Shown here: in pieces, positions 1 through 10,093 of the stretch
How positions within the stretch are numbered: position 1 is the first letter of the stretch
Layout: every line of letters starts with the position of its first letter
Sequence record: MK327944.1
From: Escherichia phage vB_EcoM_G2540-3
Direction: 5' to 3' (one strand)
DNA: 64,000 bases
Position numbers and translations under genes: made by a program
Notes under the pieces: model-generated
What the model was told of the DNA's origin: nothing
Databases searched by the model: none
Seen by the model: only the letters and a program-made list of their open reading frames with translations

Positions 1-30
1 CAGAGCAGTAGTATCTTTAGACAGTTTCAT
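1..30 (-). CDS. 45: Sliding clamp gp45, first 10 codons only (gene continues beyond window start)
   Basis: Reverse complement of 1-30 reads ATG AAA CTG TCT AAA GAT ACT ACT GCT CTG = MKLSKDTTAL, the N-terminus I recall for T4 gp45; position downstream of rpbA fits T4 order. Confidence 0.5.
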   Translation of the reverse strand, partial: MKLSKDTTAL

Positions 31-85
31 GTAATTTCCTTCAATTCAAATGAGATTTAATTTTATAACTAATTTAATAAAGCAA

Positions 86-475
86 TTAACGATTAAAATC
101 AGCAGCAATTGTTTCCGCAACAATTTGAGCAGCAACAATTAGACGTTCATCTGCATTACCACAATAATCATCTTCAAGGCGTTCACCACATGAAGTCATA
201 ATAAATTTGGCGCCAGCGTTTAGAGATTCTGCCGTATGTTTGCGCATCAGTTCAATCCATTTATCACTCACTTCACGATCGATAGCTTCATAATACGCAT
301 GACGAGCAGGTGCAGATTTAATTTTGTTCTGAATAACTTCCATTGCGTTATCAGAAAGAGACAAAACCCATGCTCGACGAATTTTATTTTGGTTTTGCGG
401 ATTTGATTCAGAACGCACGTGTTTTGGCTGAATATCTTTTACATCAACAGTATAATTCACAGTAATTTTAGTCAT
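86..475 (-). CDS. rpbA: RNA polymerase-binding protein RpbA-like, 129 aa
   Basis: 129 aa ORF in the position between 45 and 45.2/46 expected from T4 synteny; size matches recalled T4 RpbA. Confidence 0.55.
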   Translation of the reverse strand: MTKITVNYTVDVKDIQPKHVRSESNPQNQNKIRRAWVLSLSDNAMEVIQNKIKSAPARHAYYEAIDREVSDKWIELMRKHTAESLNAGAKFIMTSCGERLEDDYCGNADERLIVAAQIVAETIAADFNR

Positions 476-484
476 AATACACCT

Positions 485-673
485 TTAGTCATAATAATCA
501 GTAACAGTCCAAGCTTCATTTCTATTGGACATTATTTTCGTATATTCTGCTTTAAATGCATTTTTGAGCATAGATTCAGTAACTATATGCTCTTCATTAG
601 AAAAATTATTTCTCAGAATATATCGTTTTATTTCAGGAATAGTTAATAGATGCTGTCCAGTTGAATATTCCAT
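485..673 (-). CDS. 45.2: Small protein 45.2-like, 62 aa
   Basis: 62 aa ORF immediately downstream of gene 46, synteny only. Confidence 0.4.
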   Translation of the reverse strand: MEYSTGQHLLTIPEIKRYILRNNFSNEEHIVTESMLKNAFKAEYTKIMSNRNEAWTVTDYYD

Positions 674-728
674 GTTTTTCCTCCATAGAGATTATACTCT
701 AATAAATTAAAGCATAATCTCTTATAAA

Positions 729-2411
729 TTAAACCATTACAGTAAATCGACCAACTTTCTTCATTTGAAGATGCTGACCATATTCTTGTGGGTCATGGTC
801 TTTATGCGAAATTATAAAAACATTAGTGTTTTTCATTGAATTTATAATATTAGCTACACCTTTAATACCTTCGGCATCAAATGACCCATCAAACACTTCA
901 TCAAGAATTAATGTACTAATACTAACACCAGATACAATAGAAGCAATATCACGCCAAGTAAATAAAAGAGCAATATCGATTCGTGCCTTTTCGCCTTCAC
1001 TAAATGAAGCATAACTAAAATCTTCACGACCACGGGATTTAATTGTCTCATTAAATTCTTCATCTAATGTAAACACATAATCCGCTTCCATTATTTTAAG
1101 ATAATGGTTAATCTGCTTATTAAATAATGGAATGTACTTTTTAATAATAGCACCTTTAATACCAGAATCTTTGAGCATATCAGTCAAAATTCCTCTGTGG
1201 TATTTTTCCATTACTAAATTAGTTTTTGTCTTAACAATTTTATCAAGTTCTTCTTGAAGCAGTGCTATTTCATCAGCATGGTCAATAAACTCAGATGATG
1301 CTTTTTCTATAGCCGCTTTAACTTTTTTAGCTTTATCTACCGTCGTGATTAAGGATTGCTTTTTATTGCGAATATCATTTGCCAGCGTCTGCTGGGTTTT
1401 AATATTATCTCGGTATTCATCAACAAGAACTTTTAAATTATCACGATGTGTTGAAAGCTGTTCAAAAGAATGCGTGCATTCAGAAATTTTATCTTTAATT
1501 TTAGAAACAACTTTATCACCGGAACTTAATTGTGACAAACAGGTTGGACATAATCCACCTTCGTGATACATATTAATGACTTTATTATACGAGTCAATTT
1601 TTGATTTAATTAAAACTGCTTCTTGACCGATTTTATTAAATGCATCAGTTGGGTCTTCATCCAAAACAATATTAACTAATCTTTCGTTAGCTTCTTCTAT
1701 TTCCGATTTTAGCGTTCTAGCTTCTTTTGCCAAATCATCATACATATTTTGCAGACGAGTAAGGTTGTCACCCGTTAATTTTTTCTGGCGTTCAACGTTA
1801 TCATTATATATTTTAATTTGTTGGATAATACTATCTTTTTTAACATCAAGCACTTGGTTCTGCGAATTTAATTCGCGTATTAGTGCTTTATTAAGCTTAT
1901 CCATTTCAGCTAATGTTCCTACCTCAAGCAGGTCTTCCACAAGTTTTCTTCTTGCAGGAGTGGATAGGCCCATAAAAGGGGTATATCCAGCCGTGCCGAG
2001 TACGACGATCTGTTTGAAACTGGTGTATGACATTCCGATAAGCTGTTCAAATTCTGCTTGGAAATCTTTACTGCTGGCAGATTCATTAAGACGTGTACCG
2101 TTAACGGTGATTTCGAAAACATTTGGTTTTTGTCCTCTTTTGATATAGTACTTTTTCTCATCATATTCCATCCACAGTTCAACTAAAAGCTCTTTCTTAT
2201 TTGTGCTGTTTATTAATTGACCTTTCTTTACATCACGAAATGGCTTGCCAAAAAGCCCAAATGTGATGGCTTCTAACATAGTAGACTTACCACCGCCATT
2301 TCGTCCAGTAATAAGAGTTTTTTGAGCCTTATCTAGTTGAATGTCAACTCCATTTTGACCAACTGACATTATATTTTTATATTTTACTCTATTAAGTTTA
2401 AATGATTTCAT
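729..2411 (-). CDS. 46: Recombination endonuclease subunit gp46 (Rad50/SbcC-like ATPase), 560 aa
   Basis: Walker A GRNGGGKST near N-terminus, long coiled-coil middle with CPTC zinc hook, C-terminal ABC signature/Walker B region (LILDEVFDGSFD); 560 aa equals T4 gp46. Confidence 0.9.
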   Translation of the reverse strand: MKSFKLNRVKYKNIMSVGQNGVDIQLDKAQKTLITGRNGGGKSTMLEAITFGLFGKPFRDVKKGQLINSTNKKELLVELWMEYDEKKYYIKRGQKPNVFEITVNGTRLNESASSKDFQAEFEQLIGMSYTSFKQIVVLGTAGYTPFMGLSTPARRKLVEDLLEVGTLAEMDKLNKALIRELNSQNQVLDVKKDSIIQQIKIYNDNVERQKKLTGDNLTRLQNMYDDLAKEARTLKSEIEEANERLVNIVLDEDPTDAFNKIGQEAVLIKSKIDSYNKVINMYHEGGLCPTCLSQLSSGDKVVSKIKDKISECTHSFEQLSTHRDNLKVLVDEYRDNIKTQQTLANDIRNKKQSLITTVDKAKKVKAAIEKASSEFIDHADEIALLQEELDKIVKTKTNLVMEKYHRGILTDMLKDSGIKGAIIKKYIPLFNKQINHYLKIMEADYVFTLDEEFNETIKSRGREDFSYASFSEGEKARIDIALLFTWRDIASIVSGVSISTLILDEVFDGSFDAEGIKGVANIINSMKNTNVFIISHKDHDPQEYGQHLQMKKVGRFTVMV

Positions 2412-2426
2412 TTTGTATCCAATTGT

Positions 2427-3281
2427 TCACAATGAAGAAAATTCTTTAACTAAAGCCTGTAATGAAGCCTCTATTGGATATCCATTCTTAACTAACATTT
2501 TCCTAAACATTACATGTTTAGGACGATTATATGATATCCACAATTCATACAATTTATCTTTATTATCCCAATGATAGCCTTTTCGTCGAGATGCTATATG
2601 AGCTTTTCTAATCTCCGGATTTTTCCAACTAGCAGCTACTGAATTTGATATAGCTATTTTATATTCAGGTTTTGATAAAGCAGCACGAACAGCCTTTTGG
2701 TGTTTAATTTTATTTTCTTCGTTATTAAACCATTCCCTTGAAGCAATTGAAATTTTTTGTTTTGTTTTAAAATTATTTAATCTTTCTTTGTTATCTTTCC
2801 TATTTTTTGCTACTGAAAAATATTTTAATGCCCTTTCTCTAGCAGCATTTCTATTTTGCGGATTTGAATAATACTGTTGAAGCCTTTTTGATATTGTGTC
2901 ACTTACATCTTGTTTTATAAAACTATATTCAGCAGCTATTAAATCAACTTCGGCTAAAGATAAATTTTTATATGTTTTTCCTGACATCATTCTATTTAAA
3001 GCATTTAGCATTTTTCCATTTTTACCTTTTGCTAATAAGAAATGTGCTTTAAAATGATTAAAATGACTTAAATTAACTAAATTCCATGTAGATTTTAAAT
3101 ATTCAGGAAATATTGATTTAGGAAGCACGTGGTGTGCTTCCGTTTTACCTGGAGTTTTAACAGTTGAATTCATAGAAATAAAATTAATGTAAGACTTGGC
3201 GTCTTCTTCACTCAACGCTAATTTTTCAACTAATTCCTTTATTAAAAATTCATCATTAATGTCAAGTTTAAAATTCTTCAC
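2427..3281 (-). CDS. HNH homing endonuclease-like protein (Mob family-like), 284 aa, GTG start
   Basis: HHVLPKS motif followed by NLVNLSHFNHFKAH (HNH-type His/Asn pattern); start codon is GTG overlapping stop of upstream ORF (GTGA); inserted between genes 47-side small ORFs and 46. Confidence 0.65.
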   Translation of the reverse strand: MKNFKLDINDEFLIKELVEKLALSEEDAKSYINFISMNSTVKTPGKTEAHHVLPKSIFPEYLKSTWNLVNLSHFNHFKAHFLLAKGKNGKMLNALNRMMSGKTYKNLSLAEVDLIAAEYSFIKQDVSDTISKRLQQYYSNPQNRNAARERALKYFSVAKNRKDNKERLNNFKTKQKISIASREWFNNEENKIKHQKAVRAALSKPEYKIAISNSVAASWKNPEIRKAHIASRRKGYHWDNKDKLYELWISYNRPKHVMFRKMLVKNGYPIEASLQALVKEFSSL

Positions 3282-3493
3282 AAAAGATTCCTTTTAATGT
3301 ATCTTTTAGACCATTCTATCATATCATCATAATCTAAAAAGTATTCGTCAAATTCAGCCATGCAAACAACGCCTTGTGCTGTTTTTGATGTAATGTAAAT
3401 TATTCCAACATATCTAGAATCTTCTTCGATATAATCAATATTTGCTATGAATTCATCATTAATGTCAAATGTCGAAAACTTCACAGTATGCAT
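3278..3493 (-). CDS. Hypothetical small protein (start assumed at internal Met MHTVKF with SD AAGGA)
   Basis: ORF 3278-3541 on track; probable start at 3493 preceded by AAGGA; shares FDINDEF segment with N-terminus of adjacent HNH protein. Confidence 0.35.
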   Translation of the reverse strand: MHTVKFSTFDINDEFIANIDYIEEDSRYVGIIYITSKTAQGVVCMAEFDEYFLDYDDMIEWSKRYIKRNLL

Positions 3494-3728
3494 CCTTAAT
3501 ACAAGATACAGCCATATCTCGTAATGATTTAGGTGTGTCATTATCTAAAATGTTGAAGTTAAAAGATACAGCCCAGTCAGTGCAGACTGTAACCTTTTTA
3601 ATACAATTATCTTCAACCTCTAACGGTTCAAACCAATATTCAATAATTTCTTTATGCCCAATATCATCTTTTACTTCGCATTCAAAATGCTGACTCATCA
3701 TAACATTTTTAAATTCATCAAAAGTCAT
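3465..3728 (-). CDS. Hypothetical protein, 87 aa
   Basis: ATGA overlap with gene 47 stop (coupled translation); acidic small protein. Confidence 0.4.
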   Translation of the reverse strand: MTFDEFKNVMMSQHFECEVKDDIGHKEIIEYWFEPLEVEDNCIKKVTVCTDWAVSFNFNILDNDTPKSLRDMAVSCIKDAYCEVFDI

Positions 3729-4744
3729 TGTGTTGCCTCTACATATAACTGATTTGCATATTGAATAAGTGCTTCACGGTCAGAATCAGTGATGTCTGGA
3801 ATTGCATTAATGTATTCTTCCATCAACGTCTGAAGAGATTGAACTTCAACTTCTTCACTGTCATCTGACTCGACAGAGTTATCAATCTTTGACACAACTC
3901 GTAATGAATGCACAACTTTTTCTAGTTCAGATTCGAACTTCGTCAGATTTTTGTCTACTTCAGTTACTATAACACGTACTGATAGATTTGTAAAATCTTT
4001 ATAGTCAATTTTTCCTTTAAACGGATAATGAATTCTACGATGCCAGGTAGTATTGTTTGGAATAAATTCCATTCGTTCTGTTTCTGTATCAAACATCCAG
4101 AACCCGCGAGGGTCATTCTCGTCACCTGCAGTTAGTGTCCATGGTGTCCCAATATATCTGACGTTAGCAGCCTCAGAGATAGTATGGAAGTGACCAGACC
4201 ACACTTCTTTATAAGTCTTAAGGAAATCAGGTTCAAGACCGTGAGATTTCATTCCTTTATAAAAATAAAATCCATTCAGTTCCCAGTGACCAACACAAAA
4301 AGAAGCAGAAGAAGTTTTTATGTGCTCGAGAATTTCACCAGTATTTTCTTCACACATCCAAGGAATTAAATCAATTAAACATCCGTCAAAATCTACTGTA
4401 GTAGGCTTATCATACACTTTAACATTAGGATATTTAGCCAAAAGCTCAGTAGAAGCATTTGGATGCATTACATTTTTGTAGTGGAGATCGTGATTTCCTA
4501 CAATAGTATGTAATGTGATTCCAGCGTCATCAAGCATTTGAACTATTTCACGGGCAAACTCCATAGTTTTATGTGTAATTGCTTTTCGCACATCAAAAAT
4601 ATCACCATATTGAATCCATACAGTAATTCCATTTTTCTTAGAATATTCTATCGCTTGCTTAATTCCATCAATTTGAATACCGCGAATCCACTCATCATCA
4701 GCTTTAACGCCTAAATGCCAATCACCCAAGTTTAGTATTTTCAT
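3725..4744 (-). CDS. 47: Recombination endonuclease subunit gp47 (Mre11/SbcD-like phosphoesterase), 339 aa
   Basis: Calcineurin-like phosphoesterase motifs GDWHLG, GDIFD, GNHD, GHWE; 339 aa equals T4 gp47; adjacent to gp46. Confidence 0.9.
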   Translation of the reverse strand: MKILNLGDWHLGVKADDEWIRGIQIDGIKQAIEYSKKNGITVWIQYGDIFDVRKAITHKTMEFAREIVQMLDDAGITLHTIVGNHDLHYKNVMHPNASTELLAKYPNVKVYDKPTTVDFDGCLIDLIPWMCEENTGEILEHIKTSSASFCVGHWELNGFYFYKGMKSHGLEPDFLKTYKEVWSGHFHTISEAANVRYIGTPWTLTAGDENDPRGFWMFDTETERMEFIPNNTTWHRRIHYPFKGKIDYKDFTNLSVRVIVTEVDKNLTKFESELEKVVHSLRVVSKIDNSVESDDSEEVEVQSLQTLMEEYINAIPDITDSDREALIQYANQLYVEATQ

Positions 4745-5345
4745 GGTGTCTTTTCCATCCTAATTTAGCTGCTTTTGAAACCAGTTCTTTAATTTTTCCT
4801 TTTGTCCATTCAGGACCAGGAGGTTCATGACATAACATTTGCTTAACTCCGTTATTATACCATTTTTTACCTTTATTATGTGATGAAGCTTTAAATTTAT
4901 TTGACCTTCCTTTTACATAACCTTCTGGAATATAAGGCAAAAAGGCAGATTTTCCTGTTAATGGATCATGTGAATGTATATTTCCTTTACAATTATGAGA
5001 ACCATATAATGGATGATTTTGTCCTTTATTATCTCTTCCAAATGAACCTTTTGGAGCAGCATATGACATATTAAAGAATAATGGATTTTTAACTGCATCA
5101 TGCAATCGTTGATAATATAACTCGCATTTAATAGCTTCTTCACGCGTATCAAATTCAGCTAAAATGCATGAATCAAATAAGTGAGGATTATCTGAAAGCT
5201 CTTTATTATAAATTTTCTTATACTTTTTAGATAAAACTGAACCATGATATCCAGCTAAATGCCTATCTAAAGACGTAGATCCAATATAAAAAGGAGGAAG
5301 TTTATCTCCGCTATATATTGTTAAATAAGTTATATATTTTTTCAT
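4722..5345 (-). CDS. GIY-YIG family homing endonuclease-like protein (Seg-like), 207 aa
   Basis: N-terminal YITYLTIY...FYIGST...R...GY.GS pattern typical of GIY-YIG module, basic C-terminal half; lies between a-gt and 47. Confidence 0.6.
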   Translation of the reverse strand: MKKYITYLTIYSGDKLPPFYIGSTSLDRHLAGYHGSVLSKKYKKIYNKELSDNPHLFDSCILAEFDTREEAIKCELYYQRLHDAVKNPLFFNMSYAAPKGSFGRDNKGQNHPLYGSHNCKGNIHSHDPLTGKSAFLPYIPEGYVKGRSNKFKASSHNKGKKWYNNGVKQMLCHEPPGPEWTKGKIKELVSKAAKLGWKRHHENTKLG

Positions 5346-5502
5346 ATATCAAGAACCGTCATTGAAATGCAAAATAAAATTATTGAAATAAACCCATCTG
5401 GTGTGCTAAAGAACCCAATCCAACATGCTCTAGTGAATAGATAAAATGCAAGAAAAAGTATCACATATCCAAGAAATATCATTATATCAAACTCCGTATA
5501 AA

Positions 5503-5520
5503 GCTAAAGGGCCGAAGCCC
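5503..5520. terminator. GC hairpin with UUCG/CGAA tetraloop downstream of a-gt
   Basis: AAAGGGC-CGAA-GCCCTTT palindrome with flanking A/T runs. Confidence 0.35.
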
Positions 5521-5521
5521 T

Positions 5522-6724
5522 TTATTTTGTAATAATGTCAAACTGTTCTTTAAAGCAGAAGCTTGAATCTTGATGCTGATACAAAAATTCATAAGCTTTT
5601 TCGCGTTCGCGGTCATAAAGAGTTCGGTCAGATGACAGTTCTTTAATACGTTCAAATGTTGATTCCATGTCATTTTCATCAAACCAAATGATACCGCTAT
5701 CATGCGAGGTCAAAGGAGTATTATCAACACGGAATTTTAAATTTTCGCCAGTAGATTTCCAAAATACCGGAATTGTTCCACATGCACCAAGCTCGAGATG
5801 AGTATATTCTAAAGAGCGCTGTAGATATTTTTTATCCAACTTACTCAACTGATAACCAAAACCGGATTTACTCATACGTTCAAGCATTTCGCTATTTACA
5901 TAACGGTCAAGAATTTGCGTTGGCAAATTAGGAGCAATTTTAATTTGGTCTACTTGATGAAGACGATAATACTCGTATGGAATTCCTTTTTCTTTAATAG
6001 GAATGAACGCTGGAGAACGTTCCAGACCTTCCATAATAGTACTTAGTCCTGCAGGTTTAAGATGTTTTTCATGAAAATCAAACATCTGATAAAAACCTTT
6101 CCATGTAGTCGTACGACCAATCCAACGGTTGATATTCATGTTAATTTCAGAAACATCTTTCCAGTAGGTTGATCGAACCTTCGCAATATCCATAGGAGGC
6201 TGAAAGTTATATACTGTCGGCGCTTCTTCAATATCATCAAACAGAGAAACTGTTTCCGGATACCATTCTTTCATCAGAACTTTATTAAAATCGCCATTAT
6301 CAGAATGGCTAAAAATAACATCAGCTCGACGAACAGTTTCTTCTAATCCCAAATTTCGACGCAAAGAAAGAGAAGAATGGTCATGCTGATAAACTACAAC
6401 ACGAACAGAAGGTTTAATGTTATCAATAATTTTTTTATAGTTATTAATAGTGTCTTCTTCAACCCAAGTAGCAGGAACTGAATTGATAATTAGAATATCA
6501 CAATCATTTACCAGCTTAAGTGTTTTATCGTATTCTTTTGCCAATAAAACCGGAATTGAAAATGATTTATAATCATGCGCGCAATTACGAGTAAATGATT
6601 TATCTTTAGCATAAACCAAAGTCACTTCATGACCATTTTTAATAAACCAATCACGTTGCTCGAGTGAGAATTTAGTTACACCACAACCTTCAAGACCTCG
6701 AGCCATAAAAATACATACTTTCAT
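5522..6724 (-). CDS. a-gt: DNA alpha-glucosyltransferase, 400 aa
   Basis: 400 aa; N-terminus MKVCIFMARGLEGCGVTKFSLEQRDWFIKNGHEVTLVYAKDKSF and C-terminus FCFKEQFDIITK match recalled T4 AGT nearly residue for residue. Confidence 0.9.
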   Translation of the reverse strand: MKVCIFMARGLEGCGVTKFSLEQRDWFIKNGHEVTLVYAKDKSFTRNCAHDYKSFSIPVLLAKEYDKTLKLVNDCDILIINSVPATWVEEDTINNYKKIIDNIKPSVRVVVYQHDHSSLSLRRNLGLEETVRRADVIFSHSDNGDFNKVLMKEWYPETVSLFDDIEEAPTVYNFQPPMDIAKVRSTYWKDVSEINMNINRWIGRTTTWKGFYQMFDFHEKHLKPAGLSTIMEGLERSPAFIPIKEKGIPYEYYRLHQVDQIKIAPNLPTQILDRYVNSEMLERMSKSGFGYQLSKLDKKYLQRSLEYTHLELGACGTIPVFWKSTGENLKFRVDNTPLTSHDSGIIWFDENDMESTFERIKELSSDRTLYDREREKAYEFLYQHQDSSFCFKEQFDIITK

Positions 6725-7139
6725 TTAATATCCTCTTTGTTTTGGTTTATTTTACCAAAAATTTATAAAGCAATATAGGAGCCGAAGCTCCTATCCACAT
6801 AATACGCCATACAGAGGCTCGTTAGAACTTTTAAATTTTATGCGCTTATATTTTATAGTTCCTTCTGCTTTAGCTTTATCATGAGACTCTTTAAAGCGTC
6901 TCATCATTTCCTCTTTAGAGGAACGAATTTTATTATAATCTATTTCAGAAGTCTGGGTGTTCATCTTTCATAACTGCCACCATTTTTTGACTTGATAAGA
7001 ATCAACCCACACTTTCATATTAGGGTCTGCTCTTACAATAGGAGAATTAACTTCTTTAATTGAACTATCATGGTATTCTTTTTCAGAAATTTTCACACAA
7101 AGATGACCATTCAAAGATTCAGTAAATCCTGCATTAATT

Positions 7140-7457
7140 TTAAGACGCTTGAATTTTACGTGTGTAAGCATCAATCATATCCTCAATCTGCGATCTAGTA
7201 GTCTTCCAAAGAATACTGATGAGTTCATCGTTATATGGCTGTTTTAGAATATCCCGACTTTTCTTGATAGCATATTCGTATTGAGCAAAATTATTATTTT
7301 CAGCTGCAATCTGAGCGTGCTTATAAAGACGATTCAGTTCGCGTTTGTTTTTAGACAATAACTTATTTGCTTTTCTTTCTGCTTCAAGACGGTTCTTTTC
7401 TTCAATAGAAGAAATAAGCTTTTCCACTTCATCATTAATTTCGGGTTTATCAGTCAT
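7140..7457 (-). CDS. Hypothetical coiled-coil protein, 105 aa
   Basis: ORF with charged heptad-like content; position between 55 and a-gt. Confidence 0.4.
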   Translation of the reverse strand: MTDKPEINDEVEKLISSIEEKNRLEAERKANKLLSKNKRELNRLYKHAQIAAENNNFAQYEYAIKKSRDILKQPYNDELISILWKTTRSQIEDMIDAYTRKIQAS

Positions 7458-7458
7458 A

Positions 7459-7677
7459 TTATTTCTCTAATATAAAATAAAAATCATCATCTGTTAAATG
7501 ATACCGATAATTTAATTCTACACCATTAGATTTAAAAGCGGTATCATACGGATTTTCTGGATCAATATCAATGTCAAGAGCTAAAACTTCCCTGAGATAC
7601 ATTTTAAGTAAATAGGGAATAGCTTCAACTTCAGGTATTTCTTCCAAGAATCCGGAGAGGTTAATCGTTAGCCTCAT
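7459..7677 (-). CDS. Hypothetical protein, 72 aa
   Basis: ORF abutting gene 55 stop. Confidence 0.4.
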
Positions 7678-8218
7678 ATAAAAAATCCAAACTAGGAGAA
7701 TCGTCTACAACACTTTTCTTTTCAGCCCCCGGTGTTCTATAGGTTGATTCTTCGTAATGCGTCATTTTATCGTAGATGTCTTGAATAAAAGTTTCATCTA
7801 CTAACGCAACCATATCGTCGTCACGGCTGTCATAGACATTGTGAACGAAGTAACTATATTTCTTTGCAACTTCCTTACGTTCTTTTTTAATACGTTGGAC
7901 GAATGCATTAAAACAAGCTTGAGTTATATACGCATGTGGGTTTTTATATTTCGTTTCATCAAAATTATGAAGCCCCTTAATAGAAGCTTCTATACCATCT
8001 GCAATCATTTCTTGTTTCCAAGACTGGGTGTATCCTGAAAAGTTGAAACGTTTAGATAAGCCTTCTGCAATAAGCATAATGGCTAATCCGATAGTATCAT
8101 TTTGACGAACTACTTTATTTGGGTCTTTATTATTTGCTAATTCTGTTTTCCAATCAATAATAGCTTGTAAAAGCTCTTTATTGTTTACGTAATTATATTT
8201 AGGCTTAGTTTCTGACAT
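7661..8218 (-). CDS. 55: Late-transcription sigma factor gp55, 185 aa
   Basis: Start at [20 protein letters not shown] preceded by SD GAGGTG; 185 aa equals T4 gp55; sigma region-2-like segment. Confidence 0.85.
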
Positions 8219-8296
8219 TTTCACCTCTTAGCTCAATTCATAGATCTATTATATCATAATATTTGAAGATCTATCTTAAAGCACAGAGGATATCAG

Positions 8297-8566
8297 TTAT
8301 CTAAGTAAACAGTATGCTTGGAACACTTTCTCCATCATCTTTTTAAATTCATGAATATCTATATAATGACTAGTTAAATCAGCATGATATAAAAAGTCTA
8401 AAAACTTTTCATGTGTGCTAACATATTCACTTTCATTTAATTCAGAAACATGACTTTCCCAATATCCAACACCAGTCTTATTTGGGAAAAATGAAATTTT
8501 CATGTATTGGTCAACATAGAAAATGCCATAATTTTCAATAGTAATAGAAATATTAATAAATTTCAT
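8297..8566 (-). CDS. Hypothetical protein, 89 aa
   Basis: ORF in gene-dense minus-strand array upstream of 55. Confidence 0.4.
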   Translation of the reverse strand: MKFINISITIENYGIFYVDQYMKISFFPNKTGVGYWESHVSELNESEYVSTHEKFLDFLYHADLTSHYIDIHEFKKMMEKVFQAYCLLR

Positions 8567-8778
8567 ACATTCATCAACTTAGCCGCTTCAAGAGCTGCAT
8601 CTAGTGAATCAAATTGGTCAACATATTCAATCAATTCGCCATAATTGGCATATAACCACCATTGGCTAAATTCATACTCAAGGATGAATCCGTTTCCTTC
8701 AATTTGAGTTAAACCAATGCCATTTGTATTTACTTCATATCCAGCAAGACGCAAATCGTTAATAAGAGCTTCGTTCAT
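8563..8778 (-). CDS. Hypothetical acidic protein, 71 aa
   Basis: ORF with 4-nt overlap to neighbours. Confidence 0.4.
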   Translation of the reverse strand: MNEALINDLRLAGYEVNTNGIGLTQIEGNGFILEYEFSQWWLYANYGELIEYVDQFDSLDAALEAAKLMNV

Positions 8779-8780
8779 AA

Positions 8781-9107
8781 TTATACCTTAGTAATTTTCA
8801 GGTCTGCAAATTTTTTCTTGCGTTGATTTTTCATACGACGAATAGTTTTATCGGAAATTTCATGCTTTTGATAAGCTTTAGATTCTACACCAAAAGCTTT
8901 AACATCAAATTCTGACAAGATATATTGAACCAACAATTCACGGACAGTATTGCGTCCAATCTTCTGATCATTCTGTTTCATCGTCTGATGAAGCTCTTTT
9001 TCCCATTTATCCAAAATTTGAGGAGTTACAATATCGCCTTTTTCTAGCAAAGAAACTACTTTATCATATGCGTAAGAATTAATGACGTTTTTAATTTGAA
9101 TAGTCAT
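8781..9107 (-). CDS. Hypothetical protein, 108 aa
   Basis: ORF, basic C-terminus. Confidence 0.4.
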   Translation of the reverse strand: MTIQIKNVINSYAYDKVVSLLEKGDIVTPQILDKWEKELHQTMKQNDQKIGRNTVRELLVQYILSEFDVKAFGVESKAYQKHEISDKTIRRMKNQRKKKFADLKITKV

Positions 9108-9142
9108 ACATTATCCTCAATTACGTTAAAATTTTATTATCC

Positions 9143-9161
9143 AAAAAGGGCCGAAGCCCTT
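9143..9161 (-). terminator. Terminator-like UUCG hairpin
   Basis: Minus-strand AAGGGC-UUCG-GCCCUU followed by UUUUGG. Confidence 0.45.
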
Positions 9162-9360
9162 AGCTAAACTTTTTGGCACCCTTCCAGCCTTCATACATCA
9201 TTGCGGCTGATATTAATATTGCTCCTGAGCAACTTGAATATTTGTGATTCCAAAACCAGTTCAGAAAAACTTCATCATCAATACCTTGGGCTATCATATT
9301 TTCAAAGAACTGACGACGAGATTCGGCAATTCGTTGCGATAATTTAGATTCAGGATTCAT
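9160..9360 (-). CDS. Hypothetical protein, 66 aa
   Basis: ORF followed by terminator hairpin. Confidence 0.35.
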   Translation of the reverse strand: MNPESKLSQRIAESRRQFFENMIAQGIDDEVFLNWFWNHKYSSCSGAILISAAMMYEGWKGAKKFS

Positions 9361-9499
9361 TTAAATTTTCCAGTTACCATTTTCATCAATAAATTTAATC
9401 CAGTCATTTACTGACCACTTAGTTGTATCACCTTTTGGAGTAACATTTAAAGTATATAGCCCTTGCTTAAAAAGCATTCGTTTGATATTCATATTTTCC

Positions 9500-9793
9500 T
9501 CAGCTGTAACGATAACACTCGTTTGATTTGCGTTTAGCAACTCGTTGAGAAGTATTATAATCAAAATCATCGTCAATGTAAACTGATTTTTTCAACTTTC
9601 TTACTTCACCGCGTAATTGACGATTTAACTCATCTTTAACTTCTGAATCAATGCCTTTCATTCTACGCCATTTATCTGAGCGAAAAATGTTTTCAACCAT
9701 ATCTTTATGACTTACACCGTCTGGAGCTTTACGCTTTCCAAAATAGTCATAATCACGAACTTTCAAGTCTTTACGACGATACGTTTTACCCAT
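9500..9793 (-). CDS. Hypothetical basic protein (start assumed at MGKTYRRK)
   Basis: ORF 9500-9838 on track; internal ATG at 9793 overlaps stop of an unlisted upstream 58-aa ORF (ATGGGTAA), suggesting this is the real start. Confidence 0.35.
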   Translation of the reverse strand: MGKTYRRKDLKVRDYDYFGKRKAPDGVSHKDMVENIFRSDKWRRMKGIDSEVKDELNRQLRGEVRKLKKSVYIDDDFDYNTSQRVAKRKSNECYRYS

Positions 9794-9992
9794 GGAGTTT
9801 AATTTCCTTAGCAACTGAACTAAATACAGCACGATCACAAATCATACGTTTGTTCCATTTAATCACAGTATAATGAACATCTAGATCATCGACTGCTGTA
9901 ACAATAACGATATGTCCGTTAACGCGATAATACTGGTCAATTTTAATCTCTTTATCAACCATATCAATTCCTCAAAGGCAATTCATATGTTA

Positions 9993-10022
9993 ATAATACC
10001 ACAGTTTGAACTTGTTGTAAAC
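9993..10022 (-). promoter_or_regulatory. T4-type early promoter (GTTTACA -35, TATTAT -10)
   Basis: Minus strand GTTTACA-17 nt-TATTAT. Confidence 0.5.
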
Positions 10023-10093
10023 AACTTTGTGAAAAATATTTTAGGGAATGATAAGAAAGGAACGATAGCTTAGAATGGTAATATACAGAATGT

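Noticed and set aside
5482-5703. 73-aa minus-strand ORF overlapping the 3' end of a-gt
   Set aside because: Out-of-frame overlap with a strongly supported gene and contains the terminator hairpin; likely spurious.
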